Positions 30,104 to 39,126 of a DNA stretch of 64,000 nt are shown one piece after another (the stretch's first letter is position 1; each line of letters opens with the position of its first letter). A model generated the notes under the pieces. That model made no database searches. It was not told the origin of the DNA and worked only from the letters and a program-made list of their open reading frames with translations. The stretch comes from Candidatus Binatia bacterium. Lineage in GTDB: Bacteria; Desulfobacterota; Binatia; UBA9968. Location: assembly GCA_036504975.1 (NCBI GenBank), contig DASXUF010000105.1, forward strand, positions 67,728 to 131,727, read 5' to 3'. A program made the position numbers and the translations under genes.

Positions 30104-30483
30104 AGTGTATGGATCACCCCCCACTCGAACCACCGCCGCTTCTCCTCAACTCAGCAATTTTATCCGAATCGCGTTCCAAGTCAAGCAAAAGAGCGTTGGC
30201 TGCGGAGCATTTTTTCCTTGTGGAACCGTCCGCGGCCCGTATGAAACCCCGACACGCTCCGATGAGAAACGAGCCCATACAGCCTTGCATGGAATGAAGG
30301 CTTTTCAACGCTATGACTCGAAGCAGCTATGGATCCGAACTCATGCGCGTAGGGAATGGCGCAGAGCGACCGCGCGGGGGTGCGACGTTGTGCCAAGAAT
30401 TGCCTAAACCAGACCGTATTTGCCAGGAAGATACCCGAAAGTAAGGAGCTTTGAATTGGCGCAGAGGAAAGGACGAAGTCGCC

Positions 30484-31224
30484 TCACCTTCTCTTTTGCC
30501 TGATCTTCCAAAATTTCTCGGGGAAATCCGAGATGATCCCGTCGACGCCGAGGGCGAGGAATTTTTCCATCTCGCGGAGGTCGTTGACCGTCCAGACGAG
30601 AGTCTTGAGGCCGATCCCGGCCGCGCGCTCGAGGACAGGCGGCGTCGCCAGCTCTTTTTGAATGTGCAGCGACTCGGCGCCGATCTCGCGCGCGAGCTGG
30701 AACGGGTTGTCTTTAATCTCATTCGCGTGCAGAACTCCGATCCGCGCGTCGGGCGCCAGCTCGCGCAGGCGCCGGAGCACGCGATTGTCGAGGCAAGAAA
30801 GAACCGAGCGCTCCAGGTAATCGTAGTGGCTCAAGATGAAGAGCAACTGAAGCTCGATTGCCGAAGCGCCCGGTTTCCCGGCTTTGATATCCAGGTTGAG
30901 ATCGACCTTGCCGTCAATAATATCGAGCGCCTCTTCCAGAGTAAGAATGCGCTCGCCTTTGAACGACTTCTTGAACCAACCGCCGACGTCGAGCTTCTTA
31001 AGCTCGGCGAGAGTCTTTCCCCGGACGGTGCCTTTCGCCCGCGCGGTGCGCCGGAGCTTCTCGTCGTGAAAGACGACGATGTGGCCGTCTTTCGAGAGCT
31101 GGCAATCCAGCTCGATCATGTCGGCTTCGGCTTCGAGCGCCTTCTCGATCGCGGCGCGCGTGTTCTCCGGGTAGGAGCCGGAGCTGCCGCGGTGCGCCAC
31201 TCTGATAAACGTCGCCATGCTCAA
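30484..31224 (-). CDS. Glycerophosphodiester phosphodiesterase (GDPD family)
   Basis: VAHRGSSGSYPENT and IELDCQLSKDGHIVVFHD catalytic motifs. Confidence 0.8.
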   Translation of the reverse strand: MSMATFIRVAHRGSSGSYPENTRAAIEKALEAEADMIELDCQLSKDGHIVVFHDEKLRRTARAKGTVRGKTLAELKKLDVGGWFKKSFKGERILTLEEALDIIDGKVDLNLDIKAGKPGASAIELQLLFILSHYDYLERSVLSCLDNRVLRRLRELAPDARIGVLHANEIKDNPFQLAREIGAESLHIQKELATPPVLERAAGIGLKTLVWTVNDLREMEKFLALGVDGIISDFPEKFWKIRQKRR

Positions 31225-31961
31225 TCGGTCTTTCTAAGGTAAATAAAAAATTCCTTGTTGCCCTTCGGCCCGACGAGCGGCGACTCGACGACGCCGATGA
31301 CTTGAAGTTGCAGCGAGACCGCCGCCGCCCGGATTTCTCCGATCACTCTCTCATGTTCCTCGCGCCGGCGCACGACGCCGCCCTTGCCGACTTTCCCTTT
31401 GCCGACCTCGAATTGCGGCTTGATCAAAGCAACGATTTCGCCCCTGGGAGCGAGCAGATTGCGAACGGAGGGGAGAACTAAGCGGAGCGAGACAAAGGAG
31501 GCGTCGATGGTTGCGAGCTCGGCCGGCTCGGCCAGCTCGCCGGGCTCGAGGTGGCGGATATTGGTTTTTTCTCGGACGACGACGCGCGGATCGTTTCTTA
31601 GTTTCCAATCGAGCTGGCCGTAGCCCACGTCCACCGCGTAAACGCGCCGCGCGCCGAAGGCGAGCAGGCAATCGGTAAAGCCGCCGGTCGAAGCGCCCAC
31701 GTCGAGCGCGATCTTATCCTTAACGTCGATCGAGAAATGTCCGAGCGCTCCTTCCAGCTTGACGCCGCCGCGGCTCACGTAGGGCATCGCCTTGCCCCTA
31801 AGCCGGATAAGAGAACCCGCGTCGATCAAGCTGCCGGCCTTGGCGAACGGCCGGTCATCGACCAGCACCTCGCCGGCAAGAATGCGCCTGCGGCCTTCTT
31901 CCCGGCTCGCGACCAGCCCGCGCTCGACCAGGAGTTTATCTAAGCGCTCCCTCTTTCCCAT
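31221..31961 (-). CDS. tlyA: TlyA-family rRNA 2'-O-methyltransferase (hemolysin A-like), S4 + FtsJ-like domains
   Basis: RLDKLLVERGL S4 motif, DVGASTGGFTDCLL SAM motif; ATG 31961 overlaps the dxs stop. Confidence 0.8.
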   Translation of the reverse strand: MGKRERLDKLLVERGLVASREEGRRRILAGEVLVDDRPFAKAGSLIDAGSLIRLRGKAMPYVSRGGVKLEGALGHFSIDVKDKIALDVGASTGGFTDCLLAFGARRVYAVDVGYGQLDWKLRNDPRVVVREKTNIRHLEPGELAEPAELATIDASFVSLRLVLPSVRNLLAPRGEIVALIKPQFEVGKGKVGKGGVVRRREEHERVIGEIRAAAVSLQLQVIGVVESPLVGPKGNKEFFIYLRKTD

Positions 31962-33859
31962 CCCTCCTTTTTTCTCTTCTTCTCTCCCCGAACCATGCGG
32001 AGAGCCGCGTGCGCGATGGCGTCCTTGTCGATGCCGCAGATCTTTCTTAGCTCGTCCTGAGTCCCATGCGGGATAAACTTGTCCGGAACGCCCAAACGCC
32101 GGACGCCGACGCCCGTCATTCCCTCGTCGGCTAAAAGCTCCACGATCGCACTGCCGAAGCCGCCCTGCACGACGTGATCTTCGACGGTGATCGCGCACCG
32201 AACCCGGGCCAGAAGATCGAGGAGCAGCTCGCGATCGAGCGGTTTTACGAAGCGCGCGTTGACTACCGCGGCGTCGATGCCGAGAGGAGCAACGTCCTGA
32301 GCGGCTCTCAGCGCCGGCAGTACAGTATTGCCGACGGCGAGAATGACGATGTCTTTCCCTGGTTTCAGCAGCTCTCCTTTGCCGATCTCCAGCGGGCGGA
32401 TCTCCTTGTCGATTTCCACTCCGGCGCCCTCGCCGCGCGGATAACGAAGCGCGATCGGTCCGTCATGATCGATCGCCGTCTTGAGCATGCTTCTCAGCTC
32501 GTTTTCGTCCTTCGGCGCCATCACCGCCATATTGGGTATCGATCGGAGATAGGCGAAGTCGAAAACGCCGTGATGCGTCGGGCCGTCGGCGCCGACCAGG
32601 CCGCCGCGGTCGAGCGCGAAGACGACGTGCAGGTTTTGCAGGCACACGTCGTGGAGAATTTCGTCGTAGCCGCGCTGGAGGAAAGTGGAATATATCGCCA
32701 CGACCGGAATCCAGCCCTCTGTCGCCAATCCCGCAGCAAAGGTCACCGCGTGCTGCTCCGCGATGCCGACGTCGTAGGAGCGGTCGGGGATTTCGCGCGA
32801 CAGTTTGTCGATGCCGGTGCCGCTCCCCATCGCCGCCGTGATGCCCACGACCTTGGGATTTTCTTTGGCGAGCCGGATGAGCGCGTCGGCGAAAACGTCG
32901 GTGTAGCTTGGAATAGGCCCCTTGGCTTTTTTAGGCTTGCCGGTGAGCACGTGAAAGGGCGTCACGCTGTGATACTTGATCGGGTCCTCTTCCGCCGGCC
33001 CGTATCCTTTCCCTTTTCTCGTGATCACGTGAATGAGGGTCGGGTGGTCGATTTTTTTGACGTTGTGAAATGTCTGAATCATCTCCGCCAGGTTGTAGCC
33101 GTCGATCGGACCGACGTACTGGAAGCCCAGGGCTTCGAAGAGAAAACCCGGCGTGACCAGACCGAGAAACGATTCCTTGAGCTTACGCGCGACCTGATAA
33201 AGATTTTCTCCGACCTTGGGGAGCGTGCGCATGAGGTGACCGAGGTTGTGCTGCAGCCGAACGGCTAGGTCGGTCGTCAGTTGCTTGCTGAGAAAGGAAG
33301 AGAAGGCACCGACGCGCGGGTCGATGAAGATCTCGTTGTCGTTCAGCACCACGATCAAGTCCTTGCCGAGATGCCCCGCCTGGTTCAGCCCTTCGAAGGT
33401 CAAGCCGGCGCTCAAGCCGCCGTCGCTGATGACCGAGACGACTTTATGGCTCGCGCCCGAGAGCGACTTCGCCGCCACCATTCCCAACGCGGCCGAGACC
33501 GACGTGCCCGCGTGTCCGGCGCCGAAGACGTCGTACTCGCTCTCGTCGCGGCTCAAAAATCCGCTGAGGCCGCCGAGCTGCCGGATGGTCGAGAGCTTCT
33601 CGCGCCGGCCGCAAATCAGCTTGTGGGCGTAACCCTGGTGTCCGGTGTCCCAGACGATGCGGTCGCGCGGCGTGTCGAACGCGTAGTGGAGCGCGAGCGT
33701 CAGCTCCACCGCGCCGAGAGTGGAGGCGAGATGGCCTCCGACCTCGGAGACAACCGAAAGAATCTCCTCGCGCACCTCTTCAGCTAGAGCGGGAAGTTCT
33801 TCGATCGCAAGCTTCCGGAGATCTTCGGGAGCATGAATCGTGTCGAGCAGCTTGGACAT
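31940..33859 (-). CDS. dxs: 1-deoxy-D-xylulose-5-phosphate synthase
   Basis: 639 aa; TPP motif GDG...N and transketolase-like domains; N-terminus MSKLLDTIHAPEDLRKL. Confidence 0.9.
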   Translation of the reverse strand: MSKLLDTIHAPEDLRKLAIEELPALAEEVREEILSVVSEVGGHLASTLGAVELTLALHYAFDTPRDRIVWDTGHQGYAHKLICGRREKLSTIRQLGGLSGFLSRDESEYDVFGAGHAGTSVSAALGMVAAKSLSGASHKVVSVISDGGLSAGLTFEGLNQAGHLGKDLIVVLNDNEIFIDPRVGAFSSFLSKQLTTDLAVRLQHNLGHLMRTLPKVGENLYQVARKLKESFLGLVTPGFLFEALGFQYVGPIDGYNLAEMIQTFHNVKKIDHPTLIHVITRKGKGYGPAEEDPIKYHSVTPFHVLTGKPKKAKGPIPSYTDVFADALIRLAKENPKVVGITAAMGSGTGIDKLSREIPDRSYDVGIAEQHAVTFAAGLATEGWIPVVAIYSTFLQRGYDEILHDVCLQNLHVVFALDRGGLVGADGPTHHGVFDFAYLRSIPNMAVMAPKDENELRSMLKTAIDHDGPIALRYPRGEGAGVEIDKEIRPLEIGKGELLKPGKDIVILAVGNTVLPALRAAQDVAPLGIDAAVVNARFVKPLDRELLLDLLARVRCAITVEDHVVQGGFGSAIVELLADEGMTGVGVRRLGVPDKFIPHGTQDELRKICGIDKDAIAHAALRMVRGEKKRKKEGWERGSA

Positions 33860-33870
33860 CTTTAATGAGA

Positions 33871-33959
33871 GTGCTGAGCGATGAGCGCTGAGGATTGAGT
33901 GGTCTTTTTCATTCCGCCCTCAGTCCTCATAGCTCAGTCCTCAGCACTGGTGTTTTTTT
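33871..33959 (-). promoter_or_regulatory. Long imperfect hairpin in the ispA-dxs intergenic region (5' leader of dxs), T9 tract on the opposite strand
   Basis: GTGCTGAGCGATGAGCGCTGAGGATTGAG ... CCCTCAGTCCTCATAGCTCAGTCCTCAGCAC arms seen directly. Confidence 0.35.
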
Positions 33960-34839
33960 ACAACGCTCGTTCCACAATGATGCGCGCGATTCCTCTGAGC
34001 GGGTCAGCATTTTTACCAAATACGTCGATTTCCTTCAAGCATCGGCGCAGCAGCTCGGCGAGCCGGCTCTTGGCCGCGCCGATTCCCGCCACCGCCGGGT
34101 AGGTCGCCTTTTTTTTTCCGTTGCCGTCGACGCCCGCGTGGTCGGCCACGTCCATGATGTCATCCGCGATCTGAAATGCCAAGCCCAAAAACTTCGCGTA
34201 GCGGGTGACCCGGAGGAGGTCTTTCGGCTTCGCCCCCGCGATGATCGCCCCGATCCGGACCGGGGTGAGGATCAACGCCCCGGTCTTCAGTGCGTGAATG
34301 CGCTCGACGGTGGCGAGATCTATCTCTTTGCCCTCGGCTTCGAGATCCACCGCCTGGCCTCCGACCATGCCGCCGACCCCGGCGGCGTGAGCGATCTCAT
34401 GGATCAGCTCCAGGATTAAACCCGGCTCGACCGAGCGAACGACTCGCGGCCTGGTCATCAAGTCAAATGCCTCGGTGAGCAGCGCGTCGCCGGCCAAGAG
34501 AGCGATTCCTTCGCCGAACTTTTTATGACTTGCCGGCGCGCCCCTTCTAAAATCGTCGTCGTCGAGAGCCGGAAGATCGTCGTGGATGATCGAATAGGTG
34601 TGGATCATCTCCAGCGCGCAGGCAAAAGGCAGCAGCGCCTTATGCTCACCGCCGAACATCTCTCCCGCGGCCAACGTCAGAATCGGGCGCAGCCGCTTCC
34701 CGCCGGAGAACAGCCCGTAGCGCATTGCCTGGTGAATCGTTTGGGGATGCTGTTTTGATTCTTTCAGATAGCGGTCCAGGCTGCGGTCGATCAGGGCGCT
34801 CCGCTTTTTTAAATAATCTTGGATGTCGAACGAGGACAC
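33958..34839 (-). CDS. ispA: Polyprenyl (geranyl/farnesyl) diphosphate synthase
   Basis: FARM LEMIHTYSIIHDDLPALDDDDFRRG and SARM FQIADDIMD. GTG 34839 start proposed (MSSFDIQDYL) to avoid a 44-nt overlap with xseB. Confidence 0.8.
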   Translation of the reverse strand: MSSFDIQDYLKKRSALIDRSLDRYLKESKQHPQTIHQAMRYGLFSGGKRLRPILTLAAGEMFGGEHKALLPFACALEMIHTYSIIHDDLPALDDDDFRRGAPASHKKFGEGIALLAGDALLTEAFDLMTRPRVVRSVEPGLILELIHEIAHAAGVGGMVGGQAVDLEAEGKEIDLATVERIHALKTGALILTPVRIGAIIAGAKPKDLLRVTRYAKFLGLAFQIADDIMDVADHAGVDGNGKKKATYPAVAGIGAAKSRLAELLRRCLKEIDVFGKNADPLRGIARIIVERAL

Positions 34840-34843
34840 CGGC

Positions 34844-35113
34844 TCAACGCTCCTCGTCCTCCGGATCTTCGTCCACCGCCTCGTCAAGAGCCTTCAATTG
34901 GAGCTTGCCGTCTTTATCTTTGACCAGGAGCTCGATTTTCTTTTCGACCTCGGTCAATTTCTGGTTGCAGAATTTAACCAGGCCGACGCCCTCTTCGAAG
35001 GCCGCCAGCGAGTCCTCCAGGGAAAGCTCGCCCGACTCCAGGCGCTCCACGACTTTCTCCAGCTCCTCGATCGCCTCTTCGAACTTCTTCTTCTCTTGTT
35101 CCTTCTTCGCCAT
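34844..35113 (-). CDS. xseB: Exodeoxyribonuclease VII small subunit
   Basis: MAKKEQEKKKFEEAIEELEKVVERLESGELSLEDSLAAFEEG... XseB signature; ATG 35113. Confidence 0.8.
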   Translation of the reverse strand: MAKKEQEKKKFEEAIEELEKVVERLESGELSLEDSLAAFEEGVGLVKFCNQKLTEVEKKIELLVKDKDGKLQLKALDEAVDEDPEDEER

Positions 35114-35131
35114 CCGTTTTTCCGATTCTAA

Positions 35132-35261
35132 CAGGTTGCTGAAAAAAGATTTTTCGTGCTTCGACAAGCTCAGCACGAACGGAATTCTTCAACGATTTCA
35201 ATATCTGCACCGTTCGCCCTGAGCGTGTCGAAGGGTGAACGGTGGGTTTTTCAGCAACCTG
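35132..35261. mobile_element. MITE-like paired-hairpin element bounded by 15-bp terminal inverted repeats (CAGGTTGCTGAAAAA / TTTTTCAGCAACCTG)
   Basis: Encloses two hairpin units of the family seen at 11252-11340 and 18968-19058. Confidence 0.5.
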
Positions 35262-35353
35262 CTAATTGTTCTCGTTTCGAATTTCATTCACCTCTGCGGT
35301 GAAATAATTGCCGAGGTGAATTCTCGTATACCGCGAGTCCTCATGCCTATTGC

Positions 35354-36226
35354 CTACTGCCTCTCGCCTTCTTCGAGCGTGAGCAGCTCCATCGGATCGA
35401 TGCGCGCGCCGTTCAGACGCGCGCCCCAGTGGAGATGCGGGCCGGTGACGCGGCCGGTCATGCCGACGAGCCCGATCACCTCGCCTTTGCGGACTTGGGC
35501 ATTTTTCTCGGCGCGAAATTCTGAAAGATGAAAGTACAGGGTGTAAAGTCCGCCGCCGTGATCCAGCACCAGGCTCTTGCCGCTGAAGAAAAAATCGTCT
35601 TCGAGCACGACGCGGCCGCTGTTCGCCGCCACGACTTCGGCGCCCAACGCGGCCCTCAAGTCCACGCCGGTGTGCGGCGCCCGGGCGATGCCGTTGATCA
35701 CCCGGCGGAAGCCGAAATGAGAACTGATTTCTCCCGGCACCGGCGCCGCGAAAGCGCCCTCCCATAGACGGCCGGCGCTATGAATTTTCCAAAGACGTTC
35801 CAATATCGCCTGTTCCTTTTCTATCCGCTTTAACGTCGCGCTATCGAAAGTATCCGAAGCCGGCGGAACGGAAAACGTTTCCCTGGGGAATTCTTTGGCT
35901 CTGACGTAAGCGGTCAACCGCTTCGCCCATTTCTCTTCGCTGCCGGTGCTTATTTCCACGGCGAAGTTCAAAACTTTAGGCCGGTGCTCCAGATCGACGC
36001 CCCAGAAAGCGGAAAAGACCCCTTCCCGCCCGCGAACGAACGGCAAATCGCGATCCGGTAGAATCGCTCTTGCCCCCGCGATATCCCTGCCCCAAGCCTT
36101 GATGTGGAGAATCCCGCCTTGAGAAACCTCCACCGGTTCCAGGCTAAGAACCAACCGGGGCTCGCCGGCAAGAGCGTCGCCGGCGAGGAGCCACAAAAAA
36201 ACGGCCAGGACGGTCGCCGATCTCAT
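35354..36226 (-). CDS. M23 family metallopeptidase (LytM-like), exported
   Basis: HxxxD...HLH motifs (LDHGGGLYTLYFHL, GPHLHWGARL); ATG 36226 overlaps the xseA stop (ATGA). Confidence 0.75.
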   Translation of the reverse strand: MRSATVLAVFLWLLAGDALAGEPRLVLSLEPVEVSQGGILHIKAWGRDIAGARAILPDRDLPFVRGREGVFSAFWGVDLEHRPKVLNFAVEISTGSEEKWAKRLTAYVRAKEFPRETFSVPPASDTFDSATLKRIEKEQAILERLWKIHSAGRLWEGAFAAPVPGEISSHFGFRRVINGIARAPHTGVDLRAALGAEVVAANSGRVVLEDDFFFSGKSLVLDHGGGLYTLYFHLSEFRAEKNAQVRKGEVIGLVGMTGRVTGPHLHWGARLNGARIDPMELLTLEEGERQ

Positions 36227-37476
36227 TCCTTCTCTTCGACCGCGCAGAGCGCTTTGCCGCGGGCGAAAGTTACCCGCAGTCGATCGCCGACGGCGACCGC
36301 GGCGCTGTCTTTCACGATCGAGCCTTCGGGCATTTTGTGCGCGATGCTGTAGCCGCGCTCCAGGACGGCGAGCGGACTCAGGCCGCCGAGCCGCTCCGAG
36401 CCGTGCGCCAGCCGCTGCCGCAAGCGGACGAGCCGGTCTTGAAAGCGGCGCCACAAGTTGAGCGAGAGTTCGTCGAGAAGCATCTGATTCTCACTCAGCC
36501 GGCGCCGCGGATCGCTCAATCGCCGCGCCAAACTTCTGAGCGCGTCGCGCTCGGTTTCGATTTTGCTTTGAATGCAGCGGAGGAAGCGGGCCCCGAGGAC
36601 GAGGACCTGCTCGATCAGATCATCCCTCCGCCCCACCACCATCTCCGCCGCCGCCGTCGGCGTCGGCGCGCGATGATCGGCGACGAAATCGGCGATCGTG
36701 AAGTCCACCTCGTGGCCGACCGCTGAGATGACCGGAACCGGCGCGGCATAAATCGCCCGCGCGACAATTTCTTCGTTGAAGGCCCAGAGATCCTCCAACG
36801 AGCCGCCGCCGCGGCTGACGATCATGACTTCGACGAGCCCGGAGCCGCCAAGCTCCGCGATGCCTTGCGCAATCTCCGCGGCGGCGCCATCGCCCTGTAC
36901 TTTGACCGGCCGGACGACCACCCGCCGCTCGGGAAAGCGGTCGTCGAGAATGCGCAGCATGTCGCTGAGCGCCGCGCCGTGGAGCGAGGTAACGATGCCG
37001 ATCGAGCAGGGTAAAAACGGCAGCGGTCTTTTTCTTTCCGCGGCGAAGAGTCCCTCCGTGCCCAGCCGCTTCTTCAGTTGCTCGAAGGCGAGGTAGAGGG
37101 CGCCCTTGCCCCTCGGCTCCATGATCTCGACGTAGAGCTGCAAGTCGCCGCGCGCGGCGTAGAGGCTCACGCGGCCGAAACAGAGCACCTCCATGCCGTC
37201 TTCGGGTTGAAACGCGAGCTTCACTCCCTGGCGGCGGAACATGACGACGCCGATCTGGCTCTTGTCGTCCTTGAGGGTAAAGTAGAGGTGGCCCGAAGGC
37301 GGGACGCGAAAATTGGAGATCTCGCCCACCACCCACACATCTTCCAGCCCGCGCTCGAGAGTGCCTTTGATGATTTGAGAGAGCTCGCTGACGGTGAGAC
37401 AGGCGCCGAGCTCGTCGGAGAAGAGCGGCAGGTCGCTTTCCCTTTTTCCTTCTCCCATGGAAACACTATAAAACAA
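36223..37476 (-). CDS. xseA: Exodeoxyribonuclease VII large subunit
   Basis: OB-fold N-terminus and catalytic core similarity; likely ATG 37458. Confidence 0.8.
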   Translation of the reverse strand: MFYSVSMGEGKRESDLPLFSDELGACLTVSELSQIIKGTLERGLEDVWVVGEISNFRVPPSGHLYFTLKDDKSQIGVVMFRRQGVKLAFQPEDGMEVLCFGRVSLYAARGDLQLYVEIMEPRGKGALYLAFEQLKKRLGTEGLFAAERKRPLPFLPCSIGIVTSLHGAALSDMLRILDDRFPERRVVVRPVKVQGDGAAAEIAQGIAELGGSGLVEVMIVSRGGGSLEDLWAFNEEIVARAIYAAPVPVISAVGHEVDFTIADFVADHRAPTPTAAAEMVVGRRDDLIEQVLVLGARFLRCIQSKIETERDALRSLARRLSDPRRRLSENQMLLDELSLNLWRRFQDRLVRLRQRLAHGSERLGGLSPLAVLERGYSIAHKMPEGSIVKDSAAVAVGDRLRVTFARGKALCAVEEKE

Positions 37477-37498
37477 TTAGCCCTCCGGGGGGAGGGCT
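37467..37498 (-). terminator. Putative intrinsic terminator downstream of ctpA (CCCTCCGG/GGGGAGGG hairpin + U-rich run on the minus strand)
   Basis: Hairpin 37481-37496, then cuaauuguuuuauag on the transcribed strand. Confidence 0.4.
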
Positions 37499-37555
37499 AA
37501 TGCATTGTGGCTTATCGTTTAGCGGTATGTCGGCGGCTGTTCGTAGCGACGGCCA

Positions 37556-38944
37556 TCAGCCCTTTTGCAGCACCAGTTGTTTGAAGACGTCCCAGCCTTT
37601 CAACAGTTCCAGGGCGCGCCGCAGTTGGACGTCGTTTTCCGCGGTCTCACTCGGCGACGGCGGCTGCACCACTTTCTCGCTTTCCTTGTCCTTCTCGTTC
37701 GTCTTCAGCTGCTCTTTTTGGTTTTGCTCCTTCTCCTTCTGCTCTTGCAGGCGCTGCTGGTTTTGCAGGTGGCCCGGGAGATTCTCTTCCCTCAGGCTGG
37801 GGCGGCTCTTTTCCTCGACCTTTGTCTCTATCGGCGCGCTCGGGTTGTCGATGATGATATCGGGCGCGATGCCCGTCGCCTGAATCGAGCGGCCTTTGGG
37901 CGTGAAGTAACGCGCCGTCGTCAGGCGGAGCGCCGAGTTGTCGTCGAGAGGAAGAATCGTCTGGACGGAACCTTTGCCGAAAGTCTTGGTCCCCAAAATA
38001 ATGGCCCGCTTGTGATCCTGCAGCGCGCCGGCCACGATCTCCGAGGCGCTGGCGCTGCCGCCGTTCACCAGAACGACGATCGGAAAATTACTCCAGGTGC
38101 CGTCCTTGTGGGCGAAATATTTCTGCCTCTGAGATTCCAGCCGCCCTTCGGTGTAAACGATCATTCCGGAATCCAAAAACATGTCGGAAACCCTGACGGC
38201 CTGAGTGAGGAGCCCGCCCGGGTTGTTGCGCATGTCGAGCACCAGCCCTTTGAGACCGCCTTTTTCCTGACTGAGCTTTTCGAGGGAACGTTGCAGGTCG
38301 CGGTCGGTGCGCTCCTGGAACTGGGCCAGCCGGACATAGCCGTAGCCCTCTTCGAGCACGCGGCTGCGGACGCTCTGCACCCGGATGGTGTCGCGCACGA
38401 GGTTGAAGTTCAGCAATTCGGCAACGCCCTCGCGCTTGACCGAAATGGTGATTTTAGAGCCTTTGGTGCCGCGCATTCGCTTGACCGCCTCGACCAGGGT
38501 CATATCTTTGGTGAACTCGTCTTCGATCTTGATGATCTGGTCGCCGGCCTTGACCCCCGCCTTGGATGCGGGTGTGTCTTCGATCGGCGAGACCACGGTG
38601 AGAACACCGTTCCGGACCGTAATCTCGATTCCCAGGCCGCCGAACCTTCCCGCCGTGTCCATCTGGAGATCCTTGTAAAGGTCGGGCGTCAGGTAAGCGC
38701 TGTGCGGATCGAGCGAGTTCAGCATTCCGTTGATCGCGCCGTTGACGAGGTCCTTGGAGTTGACGTCGTCGACGTAGTTCTTTTTGACGATGGACAGGAT
38801 GCTGGTGAATGTCTCGAGGCTCTCGTATTCCTCGCGCGGGATGGCCGAAACGTTCGTTACGACCTGCCCGCTGAAAACGAAAACCAGGCCGAGGCAAAAC
38901 AGGGCCAAAAGAAACGAAGACCGATGTTTTCTAACCAACTTCAT
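37556..38944 (-). CDS. ctpA: Carboxy-terminal processing protease (S41, PDZ-containing), low-complexity Q/E/K-rich C-terminal tail
   Basis: PDZ GGLGIEI...AGVKAGDQI and S41 catalytic region; strong RBS AGGAGAG before ATG 38944. Confidence 0.8.
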   Translation of the reverse strand: MKLVRKHRSSFLLALFCLGLVFVFSGQVVTNVSAIPREEYESLETFTSILSIVKKNYVDDVNSKDLVNGAINGMLNSLDPHSAYLTPDLYKDLQMDTAGRFGGLGIEITVRNGVLTVVSPIEDTPASKAGVKAGDQIIKIEDEFTKDMTLVEAVKRMRGTKGSKITISVKREGVAELLNFNLVRDTIRVQSVRSRVLEEGYGYVRLAQFQERTDRDLQRSLEKLSQEKGGLKGLVLDMRNNPGGLLTQAVRVSDMFLDSGMIVYTEGRLESQRQKYFAHKDGTWSNFPIVVLVNGGSASASEIVAGALQDHKRAIILGTKTFGKGSVQTILPLDDNSALRLTTARYFTPKGRSIQATGIAPDIIIDNPSAPIETKVEEKSRPSLREENLPGHLQNQQRLQEQKEKEQNQKEQLKTNEKDKESEKVVQPPSPSETAENDVQLRRALELLKGWDVFKQLVLQKG

Positions 38945-39126
38945 GGGGCTCTCCTGAGAAAAAGATTGCAACAGAGGCTTAATGTATATCAAAGAAGAAA
39001 AAATTGCCAATCATTTTCGGGTCCGTTTGCCGGCAAAGTAACGGGTGCCAGGTAGTAGGGGGGTAATGGAACAACGGAGTTATGGACTAAGAATCCAGTA
39101 CTCCAATACTCCAGTACTCCAAACCT

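Noticed and set aside
33951-33959. Rho-independent terminator (hairpin + T9) on the plus strand
   Set aside because: All neighbouring genes are on the minus strand, so no plus-strand transcript is evident for it to terminate.
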